From the IMG/VR virus record IMGVR_UViG_3300025018_000100: a stretch of 64,000 nt of DNA; one strand, 5' to 3'. The notes below the pieces were generated by a model. It was not told where the DNA came from. It worked only from the letters and a program-made list of their open reading frames with translations, and made no database searches. Shown in pieces: positions 1 to 7,188 of the stretch (position 1 is its first letter; each line of letters starts with the position of its first letter). Source of the DNA: a virus. The translations under genes were made by a program, and so were the position numbers.

Positions 1-77
1 ATAATAAAAAACCTAATATTAAATACAATAATTTAAATTTCACTGCGATCCTCTTGATGTTGATATATAATTTTTTC

Positions 78-111
78 AAAAAAAAAAGCGGGCTTTCCGA
101 GAAAAGCCCGC
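78..111 (-). terminator. Intrinsic terminator after Ro60 gene
   Basis: GCGGGCTTT/AAAGCCCGC inverted repeat (88-111), followed on the minus strand by a 10-nt U tract. Confidence 0.9.
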
Positions 112-124
112 CAAGTTAAACTAT

Positions 125-1657
125 TTAAAACGTATAGTTATTAACGGTTCTAATAATTTCATCAGACTTATCTGAAGTAGTCAGAAGATCAAAGACCTTG
201 TCTGACCAACCAGATAATTGAGTCCATCCACTAATTTCAGTAAATGGGTTAGCAGCGTAACCTTGTAGATCAAATAATACTTTGTTAGTACTATTATTTG
301 CTACTCCATAGTTCTCAGGCTCTAACTCGCTACGTCCATTCCAGCTTTTAAATCTATTGAATTGCATATCAGTAAATAACATAATAGTATTACCCGTTAG
401 TTTTGCATTTTTTGCGGCCTGCCAAGCAGAGTTAACATTAGTGCCATAACCAATTCTATTAACTTCATCAAGAATAGAAGTAGCAACACTTAGAGCAGTA
501 CTTCTATGACTACGTGGAGTAATTACTTTACCAATATCAGCGAAAGCTACAATCATGCTATCTCGTCCTCTACGAACACTAGCACTCCATACTGCTGATG
601 CATATACTGCTGCTAACTCTACCATACGAATAGTACTCTTATTAGAGATAGGGCTTGCCATGCTACCACTAACATCAACAACTAAGATAGTATCTCCTAA
701 GTCGGGAATATTATCAATAGAAATATCAAAAGCAGTTTCAAGAGCAGCTAATAGTTTACCATTAACCTTACTCGTATCATAACTAGAATATGATGTATAT
801 CCAATACTTCCACCTAATTCCTTATACGCAGTATAAAAACGATAAGGTAACTGTTTGCTTTTACGTACCTCTTCTTCATTAGTCAAACGACTAATTACTT
901 TAGTAAGATCAACATCGTGATTTACGAAGTTACGTAAGTTGCGAAGTAAAGCCATAAACCCAGTTTTTGGGTTGTTTGCTACTTCCTGCCAGTTTTCAGT
1001 GTTAGAACCTTCAGTAGAAATTTTAGTTTCCCAAGTATCTGGGGTTTTTAATTCGTCATTAATGATACGATTAAAAATAATATTTTGTTTGTGGTTTTGT
1101 GGTTTAGCATGAGTAATACGTAACACATCACGTAATTTTACTTCAGTTCCGCGATTATATTTAGCAAATTGATATTCATCAAACTTATAGAATGAATCTG
1201 CTACACCTTTCTTAATAGCTTGAGGTACTTTATTCTTGCTACCAAACTCACTAAGAGCGTAGGCATAAGTATCAGTAATTTCATCTGCACGGCTAATAGT
1301 CGCAGTTATAGCTTTACGTAGTAAAGGTAGTTTTACATTATGATTACGTAATTGCTTAGCAAGTATAACTTGTAAAGCAATACTAACAGTTCTCATATTC
1401 ATAACTTTACGAGCATAAACCCCTAATTTAGCTACGAAATCTGCTTTTCCTGTACGTACTAATTCACTGACAAGTTCATTCATACGTGTAATACGATCAT
1501 CACCTGATTCATAAAATTTTGGTTCTCCAAACATACAAGTTACAACTAGACGTACTAGCTCTAAATCTGCTGATTGTCGATATGCAGGTGCACCATTATA
1601 TGTAGTAGTTTCAGTTACTCTACCGCCGAAGCGCTGTGCTTTATTATTTAATTTCAT
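125..1657 (-). CDS. Ro60-like TROVE-domain RNA-binding protein with C-terminal vWA domain
   Basis: TROVE motifs (FYE, FDEYQFAKY, LRDVLRITHAKP, TPDTWET, MALLRNLRN, QLPYRF) and vWA MIDAS DVSGSM...TD. Confidence 0.92.
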   Translation of the reverse strand: MKLNNKAQRFGGRVTETTTYNGAPAYRQSADLELVRLVVTCMFGEPKFYESGDDRITRMNELVSELVRTGKADFVAKLGVYARKVMNMRTVSIALQVILAKQLRNHNVKLPLLRKAITATISRADEITDTYAYALSEFGSKNKVPQAIKKGVADSFYKFDEYQFAKYNRGTEVKLRDVLRITHAKPQNHKQNIIFNRIINDELKTPDTWETKISTEGSNTENWQEVANNPKTGFMALLRNLRNFVNHDVDLTKVISRLTNEEEVRKSKQLPYRFYTAYKELGGSIGYTSYSSYDTSKVNGKLLAALETAFDISIDNIPDLGDTILVVDVSGSMASPISNKSTIRMVELAAVYASAVWSASVRRGRDSMIVAFADIGKVITPRSHRSTALSVATSILDEVNRIGYGTNVNSAWQAAKNAKLTGNTIMLFTDMQFNRFKSWNGRSELEPENYGVANNSTNKVLFDLQGYAANPFTEISGWTQLSGWSDKVFDLLTTSDKSDEIIRTVNNYTF

Positions 1658-1705
1658 TTTTCTTCTCCTAAAGAATTTGCTGTTAGGTGAAAGAACTTTT
1701 TTTTC

Positions 1706-1783
1706 GGAGAGAAAAGGCGTTAAGGCTTTTTTATTGGTCGTGAAAGATAAATCTCTCGAAGAAATCCTTAACTACGCAGCTCC
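1706..1783 (-). ncRNA. Structured leader RNA upstream of Ro60, candidate Y-RNA-like element
   Basis: Minus strand GGAG..GCG[TAG]TTAAGG...CCTTAACGC..CTCC: 5' and 3' ends form a bulged stem around an A/U-rich loop; lies between a promoter and the Ro60 RBS. Confidence 0.55.
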
Positions 1784-1796
1784 TTCAATGTTTTTT

Positions 1797-1825
1797 ATTA
1801 TATCAATATTTTGAGAAATCACCAA
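1797..1825 (-). promoter_or_regulatory. Sigma70-type promoter for leader RNA and Ro60
   Basis: TTGGTG-N17-TATAAT with extended -10 TG. Confidence 0.7.
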
Positions 1826-1858
1826 GAAAAAATTAATTTTATTTTCTAGGTGGTTACT

Positions 1859-1896
1859 AAAAATGGGGGATATTTAAAGCCTTCCCCCAGAGGCTT
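1859..1896 (-). terminator. 3' element of hfa-like operon: terminator hairpin or H-type pseudoknot
   Basis: AAGCCT-C-TGGGGGA-AGGCTT-TAAATA-TCCCCCA-TTTTT. Confidence 0.65.
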
Positions 1897-1901
1897 AATC
1901 T

Positions 1902-2600
1902 TTAGTTACTGCGATTAACCTGAGATGTACTAGCACTAGCACCTACGCCCGAAACAGACTGAGATGCCTTACTAACACCACCGTTAAGCTGAACTCCTCC
2001 AGCAACTACAGTTGCAGTATTTACTGCAAAGTTACCAAGAGATAAGTTAGTCTGGTTATCACCGCCTACGTTCTTCTGACTAACAAAAGACCCTGCTCCA
2101 ACAGCAGCAACACTTTGTGTTGCCTTATTTGTTAGAAGATTAACCTGTCCACCAACAGCTACGATAGTTCCGGTATTAAGAGCGCCGTTTAATGCTGTGA
2201 CATTAAGTTGATCTTCGCCGGCATCACGGTTAGTCTGGCTCATAGAAGTCTGAGCACCTACGGCTAGAACGCTTTGAGTCGCCTTATTTACAAGTAAGTT
2301 ACCTTGAACTCCAGCAGCAACAATTAAAGCCTCGTTATAAGAACCATTAAGTCCTCCTAAGTTAGCTTGATTATCATCACCATCTACATTCTTCTGAGTA
2401 GTAGAAGAGACAGCGCCTACAGCTTCAACAGACTGAGAAGCTTTACCAACAAATAGATTCCCTTGTACACCAGGAACTAAGATAGTTCCAGTATTTACAG
2501 CAAAGTTACCTGCCTCAAGATTGACCTGATTATCGTCAGCCTGAACAGCAGTACTCATCAGAGCTAAAGCTGCAACTGTAGATAAAATTAAATTCTTCAT
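1902..2600 (-). CDS. Secreted N/Q/G-rich repeat protein (4 x 52-53 aa), HfaD/curlin-like amyloid candidate
   Basis: 21-aa signal peptide (..AVQA) plus four repeats NQxNLxxxNxxxNTxTI..GxQxNL..KA[ST]QSVxAVGA..QxN; directly downstream of the CsgG/HfaB gene. Confidence 0.75.
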   Translation of the reverse strand: MKNLILSTVAALALMSTAVQADDNQVNLEAGNFAVNTGTILVPGVQGNLFVGKASQSVEAVGAVSSTTQKNVDGDDNQANLGGLNGSYNEALIVAAGVQGNLLVNKATQSVLAVGAQTSMSQTNRDAGEDQLNVTALNGALNTGTIVAVGGQVNLLTNKATQSVAAVGAGSFVSQKNVGGDNQTNLSLGNFAVNTATVVAGGVQLNGGVSKASQSVSGVGASASTSQVNRSN

Positions 2601-2647
2601 ATATTATATACCTTTCTTTAAGTTAAGTTATAGTATCTTAGATACTA

Positions 2648-3427
2648 TTATTTTACGTTTTCGACGTTATCAAGTATAGCATTACACTCACTCATATCAA
2701 CATCGTCGTATAATTGGGAAGCCAGATTAAAACTTGCTTGTTGTAATACCGCTCTTGTAGCAATACCAACAGCTTCTCTCTGTTGTTCCCCAATGTCTAA
2801 TGTTACTAATGTATCACCGAAAAATCTACCAATACCCATACCATAATCTAGTGCTACAATTTGTTTATTAAGACTAGTCTGTGCTACAATCTCAGATGTA
2901 TTAGTATCTGTTAAGGTTAAGTCCATACCAACTATCATTCTATACTGTCTGGCCTTAGCTCCAACACCTGCCACGGTAACATCAAAACCACCACCAGGTA
3001 AGAAATCTAAAGTATTAATACTACCGGTAACATGATAATCAGAAGTTTTAATCTTTAAAACTCTTCCTAAGCTGTTTTCTAATAACATAACACTGAAATC
3101 ACGTCGGTTAACTACATTATCTGGTTGAATTTCAAACCAAGCATTTTGTGCAATATCTCCTGCCGCTTGAGTAACATAAAATCCGTTACCACCGTCGCCA
3201 TTTGCAAATTTACCTGTAGCATCTTTAATATCACCGACACCTACCCATGCTAAATCATGACCTTTTAACTTATCATAGGCACAAGATAAAACATCATCAT
3301 ACGGAGTATGAATATTTGTTACTGGAGGACCTTCCATAACATCCATATTTTTTGAAGGATTAGTACCTGCTGTACAAGCACTTAGAGCTAAAAGGCATCC
3401 GCCTGTTAATAATAATTTTCTTAACAT
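2648..3427 (-). CDS. CsgG/HfaB-family outer-membrane secretion lipoprotein
   Basis: Lipobox LSAC; GPPVT..TPY...LSC, VGVGDIKDATGK, VTQAA, VTGSINTLDF, VGMDLTLTDTNTSEIV, EAVGIATR as in CsgG/HfaB. Confidence 0.85.
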   Translation of the reverse strand: MLRKLLLTGGCLLALSACTAGTNPSKNMDVMEGPPVTNIHTPYDDVLSCAYDKLKGHDLAWVGVGDIKDATGKFANGDGGNGFYVTQAAGDIAQNAWFEIQPDNVVNRRDFSVMLLENSLGRVLKIKTSDYHVTGSINTLDFLPGGGFDVTVAGVGAKARQYRMIVGMDLTLTDTNTSEIVAQTSLNKQIVALDYGMGIGRFFGDTLVTLDIGEQQREAVGIATRAVLQQASFNLASQLYDDVDMSECNAILDNVENVK

Positions 3428-3440
3428 TATATAGCCTTTC

Positions 3441-3932
3441 TTATTGTGAATACTGATTAGTGATATTAGTTACTTCACTAGAAGCAGTAGTATCACCGTT
3501 AGTATTTGCATTATTGTTATCAGTTGCGTTATTTTGGTCGTTAGTAACTTCCACAGAATTACCTTTACCATCTACGTGAATAGAGGTATTATTAGTATTA
3601 CTCTGATCGTTTACTACTTGACTACCAATCGCAGTTGAATTATTTTGTTGGTCAATTTTAGTAGTACATCCACCACTAAATTTATTATCCCCACTATCAC
3701 ACTGAATATTAGTATCTCCAATAATAGTGCTTTGGTCGATATTATTAGTAGTATTATATCCACCATTTTTTTGCCATTCAATTAAGTCAGCTTGACTAAA
3801 AAGAACTGCTTTATCACTAGGACTCATAAATCCCCAGTTTGCATTCCAATCTGTAGAAGGTTGCGCATCACCCGCAATTGCAGGAATAGCAATCACGGAA
3901 GATAACAGAACCCCTAATAAAGTATATTTCAT
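3441..3932 (-). CDS. Secreted HfaA-like N/T-rich protein
   Basis: RBS AGAGG before ATG 3932; signal peptide (..PAIA); C-terminal STAIG..IHVDGKGNSVEV..NTNGDTTASS resembles the HfaA ATAIGN..N.VIV..Q.N.G.(V)TA pattern. Confidence 0.65.
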   Translation of the reverse strand: MKYTLLGVLLSSVIAIPAIAGDAQPSTDWNANWGFMSPSDKAVLFSQADLIEWQKNGGYNTTNNIDQSTIIGDTNIQCDSGDNKFSGGCTTKIDQQNNSTAIGSQVVNDQSNTNNTSIHVDGKGNSVEVTNDQNNATDNNNANTNGDTTASSEVTNITNQYSQ

Positions 3933-3985
3933 ATTTGTTCCTCTTTTCTTATATTTTAAATGAGTATCTCTCAATTAATATAACC

Positions 3986-4014
3986 ATTATATAATATATA
4001 ATAGCATCAATCAA
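3986..4014 (-). promoter_or_regulatory. Promoter of hfa-like operon
   Basis: TTGATT-N17-TATAAT. Confidence 0.7.
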
Positions 4015-4057
4015 CTAAAAAATTAATGCATATAGTTGTATCCTATAATATAATTCA

Positions 4058-4528
4058 CTAAGAATTTATCTTTATAAAATCTCTAAGAATCATAATAGTC
4101 TTACCTAATATATTTTTGCCTTTATATTCGGTATTTACACCCCAATAAATATCATTCCAAGTAGTAAATTCTACTAAAGTAGCATTACTTGTGGCTAATA
4201 GTCGTTCTATTAATTCTTTATTATATACAAATTTATGAAAACAAGTTAAAGCCATTTTATCATCTTTGATTTTATCCCAGTCATCACGTAATATTAATTG
4301 TCTACCACGTTTTTTAGCTATACCAGGTGTTGTGCTTTTTCTTATCCACTCACTACCTTTTTCGTCTACAGCTTTTAATGATTGAAATAAATGTTCTCCA
4401 CTTTTGTATATTTTACTATTATAAGTAATATCGGACTCGTAGAAATTACTTAACCAACCATAATCTCTGCTACTGCTAGAAAAATATATTACTTTATCAA
4501 AAAGATTAGGATTCCAATCGTTTTGCAT
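4058..4528 (-). CDS. NADAR (YbiA-like) family protein
   Basis: WLSNFY, EHLFQSLK, AKKRGR, LRDDW, LLAT...LVE, DIYWG, GKNILG. Confidence 0.9.
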   Translation of the reverse strand: MQNDWNPNLFDKVIYFSSSSRDYGWLSNFYESDITYNSKIYKSGEHLFQSLKAVDEKGSEWIRKSTTPGIAKKRGRQLILRDDWDKIKDDKMALTCFHKFVYNKELIERLLATSNATLVEFTTWNDIYWGVNTEYKGKNILGKTIMILRDFIKINS

Positions 4529-5096
4529 GTTTACATACCTCTAACCAATTTTTAACACGAAATACGTCTAAACCTTCCCATGCAGTATTATAACCTCTAT
4601 CCAATAAGAAAGAGGTAGCACCTTCTTCAGCACCTACTTGCGCCCATTTAACATGATCTTCTACCCAAAAAGCAATATCATATTCATTAACATACTTATT
4701 AAGGAGAGGTCGTTTATCTCCTTTCAACCCAATACAATGAACTTCCTTGAAAAAAGAAAACCCAAAGTATTCAGATATGTTAGCAAGTCTATTTTCGATA
4801 GCTTGGTCACTATCATGCCATTTGGTAATCGCAATAATATCCCAACCAGTTTCTTTTAAATAATTCATAGCAAAGATAGCGTCAGAATGTAACTCACAAG
4901 TAGCCCCAAAAGAAGACTCACTATACTCAGCTACAATAGCATCTGATAACTCAGGAGTCCAACCCATAATTTGATGCATCCGTTCATGCTCTTTATATTC
5001 TGGAGAAATCCACCTTTTATCTTTACAAAATCTCATAAAAGAGTTTCTAAAATCTAGAAAGGTTCCGTCTACATCAGTTAGTAATACTTTTTTCAT
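4506..5096 (-). CDS. HAD-superfamily 5'(3')-nucleotidase-like protein (T4 30.2-like)
   Basis: LTDVDGT motif I, WVEDH motif, RGYN, RVKNW. Confidence 0.75.
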   Translation of the reverse strand: MKKVLLTDVDGTFLDFRNSFMRFCKDKRWISPEYKEHERMHQIMGWTPELSDAIVAEYSESSFGATCELHSDAIFAMNYLKETGWDIIAITKWHDSDQAIENRLANISEYFGFSFFKEVHCIGLKGDKRPLLNKYVNEYDIAFWVEDHVKWAQVGAEEGATSFLLDRGYNTAWEGLDVFRVKNWLEVCKHAKRLES

Positions 5097-5124
5097 TTAT
5101 ATACCTTTAAATAGTTAAGGCAGC

Positions 5125-5310
5125 TTATTCAGCTGCCTTATTTTTATTGAATGTTGGTTGTGTTTTTGAAATATTTACAAACCCACCACGACTAGGGTGA
5201 GCGTAGATAACTTGATAACTATCACAAGTATCTTTTAATAAATTAGCTATATGATTAGCTGCATCATGAATAGTAGTAAAATTACCTTTATCAGTGATTT
5301 TTACTTTCAT
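5125..5310 (-). CDS. Hypothetical protein
   Basis: ATG ORF, co-oriented with neighbours. Confidence 0.55.
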   Translation of the reverse strand: MKVKITDKGNFTTIHDAANHIANLLKDTCDSYQVIYAHPSRGGFVNISKTQPTFNKNKAAE

Positions 5311-5330
5311 ATTTTATCTTTCTATAAAAT

Positions 5331-5418
5331 TGGAGGATAGAGAGGGATTCGAACCCTCGGAACCTTTCGGTTCACTTCCTTAGCAGGGAAGCACGATCAG
5401 CCGCTCTGTCACCTATCC
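5331..5418 (-). tRNA. tRNA-Ser(GCT)
   Basis: Cloverleaf, anticodon arm CTTCC-CT GCT AA-GGAAG, long variable arm, GGTTCGAATCC, encoded CCA. Confidence 0.95.
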
Positions 5419-5807
5419 GTTAATAATTTTTCTACCGTGTGTTAGTGTTATACATTTTCCTGTAAGCACATCGTGTTCAGTCCAAGTTTTTGCCCAAGGA
5501 CCTCTAATAGAAATACACCAACTAGTTTTAGTTGCTATAACTCTATGATTTTTTGATCTAGGAGTAAATTTTGGTTTTAATGATCTAGCGTATAAATAGG
5601 TTGATCCATCGTAATTTTCTTCTAATAATTCACCTTTTAAAAACCAAGTATAAGCATTAAACGCATGAGTATGATAAGTTTCTCTTTTACCTTTATTAAA
5701 TTTAAGTAAAACAATAGAAAAAAGGGATTTAATTTCAAGTAGATAATAACCATCTACTGGAGAGTCTGGCCCACCATCTTTTAATTTTTTAATTTTTTAA
5801 AAAGCAT
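5413..5807 (-). pseudogene. Cupin-like phage protein (KDGG..HTHAFN..RGPW) split by an 8-nt tandem duplication; absent from ORF track
   Basis: RBS AGGAGA, ATG CTT TTT AAA AAA TTA AAA AAT TAA; the -1 frame continues for ~120 codons (KDGGPDSPVDGYYLLEIKSLFSIVLLKF...YHTHAFNAYTW...RGPW). Confidence 0.8.
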
Positions 5808-5824
5808 TTTTTCTCCTAGTAAAT

Positions 5825-5901
5825 TGGTGCCCACGGAAGGATTCGAACCCTCAACCTACGGAGTAGAAATCCGTTGCTCTGTCCAATTGAGCTACGTGGG
5901 C
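5825..5901 (-). tRNA. tRNA-Arg(TCT)
   Basis: ACGGA-TT TCT AC-TCCGT, canonical T arm, CCA. Confidence 0.95.
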
Positions 5902-5969
5902 GTTAACTTTTATCTTAAAAGTATTTTAACATCTTTAATAAAATATAATTATTTATTTTTCACACAAAT

Positions 5970-6045
5970 TGGCAGAGGTACTAGGATTTGAACCCAGACT
6001 TGCGGTTTTGGAGACCGTCGTGCTATCCGTTAACACTATACCCCT
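5970..6045 (-). tRNA. tRNA-Trp(CCA)
   Basis: ACGGT-CT CCA AA-ACCGC (A27.C43 mismatch), G73, CCA. Confidence 0.93.
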
Positions 6046-6157
6046 ATAAATTTTATTTACCGACTACTGCAAAACTGCTTTACAAAAAGCATTAACTACG
6101 CCTTTAGTCATATTAGTATGATCAACAATTAATTTCACTTTATTTACTTTTTTAAAT

Positions 6158-6233
6158 TGGTGCTGTTACAAGGAGTCGAACCATGATTTCCGGAGTACAA
6201 AACCGGTGTGTTATCCATTAACACTATAACAGC
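6158..6233 (-). tRNA. tRNA-Thr(TGT)
   Basis: GCTGTTA/TAACAGC acceptor; CCGGT-TT TGT AC-TCCGG; CCA. Confidence 0.88.
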
Positions 6234-6317
6234 TTAGTTTCTTTAATAAAGTTTTCCTTATTTATAGTTAATTATAACAAATAATATAGTAGCCCACAAT
6301 ATAAAAGTTAAAAAATT

Positions 6318-6394
6318 TGGAGGTTCTACCGAGATTCGAACTCGGAACTTCGCATTACGAAAGCGGTATGTTAGCCAGTTATCACTACAGAACC
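6318..6394 (-). tRNA. tRNA with CGT anticodon (nominal Thr), non-canonical body
   Basis: GGTTCTG/TAGAACC acceptor, U73, CCGCT-TT CGT AA-TGCGA with two mismatches, perfect T arm, CCA. Confidence 0.8.
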
Positions 6395-6398
6395 ATTT

Positions 6399-6484
6399 TG
6401 GAGGAAGGTGGAGTAATCGAAACCCTATCATTTGCACGATACCACGGAGTTCAAATCCGCTTTGACACCTTGTCGGCACCTTCC
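6399..6484 (-). tRNA. 8/4-type tRNA-Ser(TGA)
   Basis: 8-bp acceptor GGAAGGTG/CACCTTCC, 4-bp T stem GGGT/ACTC, tiny D arm GACA-AGG-TGTC, long variable arm, GCGGA-TT TGA AC-TCCGT. Confidence 0.85.
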
Positions 6485-6485
6485 A

Positions 6486-6824
6486 TTATTTTTTAGGACC
6501 ATTTTTATTAGGTTGTTTTACACTACCCCCTTTTCCGGCCCATAAATCTTTTCTAGCCCAATAATTAGCACTAAATTTATCGTCTTTTCCTTTTATACCT
6601 GCACTTCTTGCTAGATAACTTTTTCTAGCTTTATCACTATAGTTATGCCCATAACCCGTAGCGCCGTAATGTACTAATTTAATTTCGTCGCCTTTTTTAG
6701 CTAAAACCATTTTTTTCTTGCCTGGTCTATCGCTTTTTTTAGGTTTATTAAAACCATCAAAAGTTTTACCAGAATACTCAATTTTACCGTTAGATGTTCT
6801 TTTTACGTCTTTTGCTTTCGCCAT
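6486..6824 (-). CDS. Conserved basic phage protein, probable nucleic-acid binding
   Basis: Lys-rich; KLVHYG...RKSYLAR...SANYWARK pattern typical of a widespread viral family. Confidence 0.75.
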   Translation of the reverse strand: MAKAKDVKRTSNGKIEYSGKTFDGFNKPKKSDRPGKKKMVLAKKGDEIKLVHYGATGYGHNYSDKARKSYLARSAGIKGKDDKFSANYWARKDLWAGKGGSVKQPNKNGPKK

Positions 6825-6839
6825 TTCCTTTCTCTCAAT

Positions 6840-6866
6840 AAAAAAGCGCCTTCAAAGGCGCTTTTA
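6840..6866. terminator. Intrinsic terminator (probably bidirectional)
   Basis: AAAAGCGCCT-TCAA-AGGCGCTTTT. Confidence 0.85.
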
Positions 6867-6895
6867 TGTTTCTAAATTAGAACAAAGCAGTACCT

Positions 6896-6961
6896 TCAAA
6901 TAGTAGAACTATTGTCCCCTACTCTTAACCAACTCGAAATCATAGTTTCTGTGCTATCCAT
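6896..6961 (-). CDS. 21-aa micro-ORF (MDSTETMISSWLRVGDNSSTI) with its own promoter and RBS
   Basis: TTGCTA-N17-TATTAT promoter (6990-7018), AGGAG RBS, terminator downstream. Confidence 0.4.
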   Translation of the reverse strand: MDSTETMISSWLRVGDNSSTI

Positions 6962-7038
6962 AATTTTCTCCTAATTTGAATTATTATGTATAATATCATA
7001 AGTTTAAGTAATTAGCAAATTAAAAATTTAATAATTTA

Positions 7039-7188
7039 CTATTTTTCATATTTATAATTTTTGCTTAATGATCCATCTTTATTGTAAATACCTTGGTCAA
7101 CCAAACATTTATTAGCAATTTCTACAGACATAGTATTTGCTCTAGTAAATGCAATCATAGCTTGTTTAAATGTTTCATTTTTATTCAT
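7039..7188 (-). CDS. Small hypothetical protein (49 aa, GIYNKDGSL motif)
   Basis: ATG overlaps stop of upstream gene; below ORF-track size cutoff. Confidence 0.6.
   Translation of the reverse strand: MNKNETFKQAMIAFTRANTMSVEIANKCLVDQGIYNKDGSLSKNYKYEK

Noticed and set aside
6050-6140. Short ORF-like stretch between tRNA-Thr and tRNA-Trp
   Set aside because: About 24 codons, no clear RBS; cannot be supported
6258-6479. 73-aa ORF on minus strand
   Set aside because: Runs through two tRNA genes; spurious
6399-6484. Selenocysteine or opal-suppressor tRNA
   Set aside because: Long acceptor stem looks tRNA-Sec-like, but the anticodon is TGA (reads UCA, Ser), not TCA
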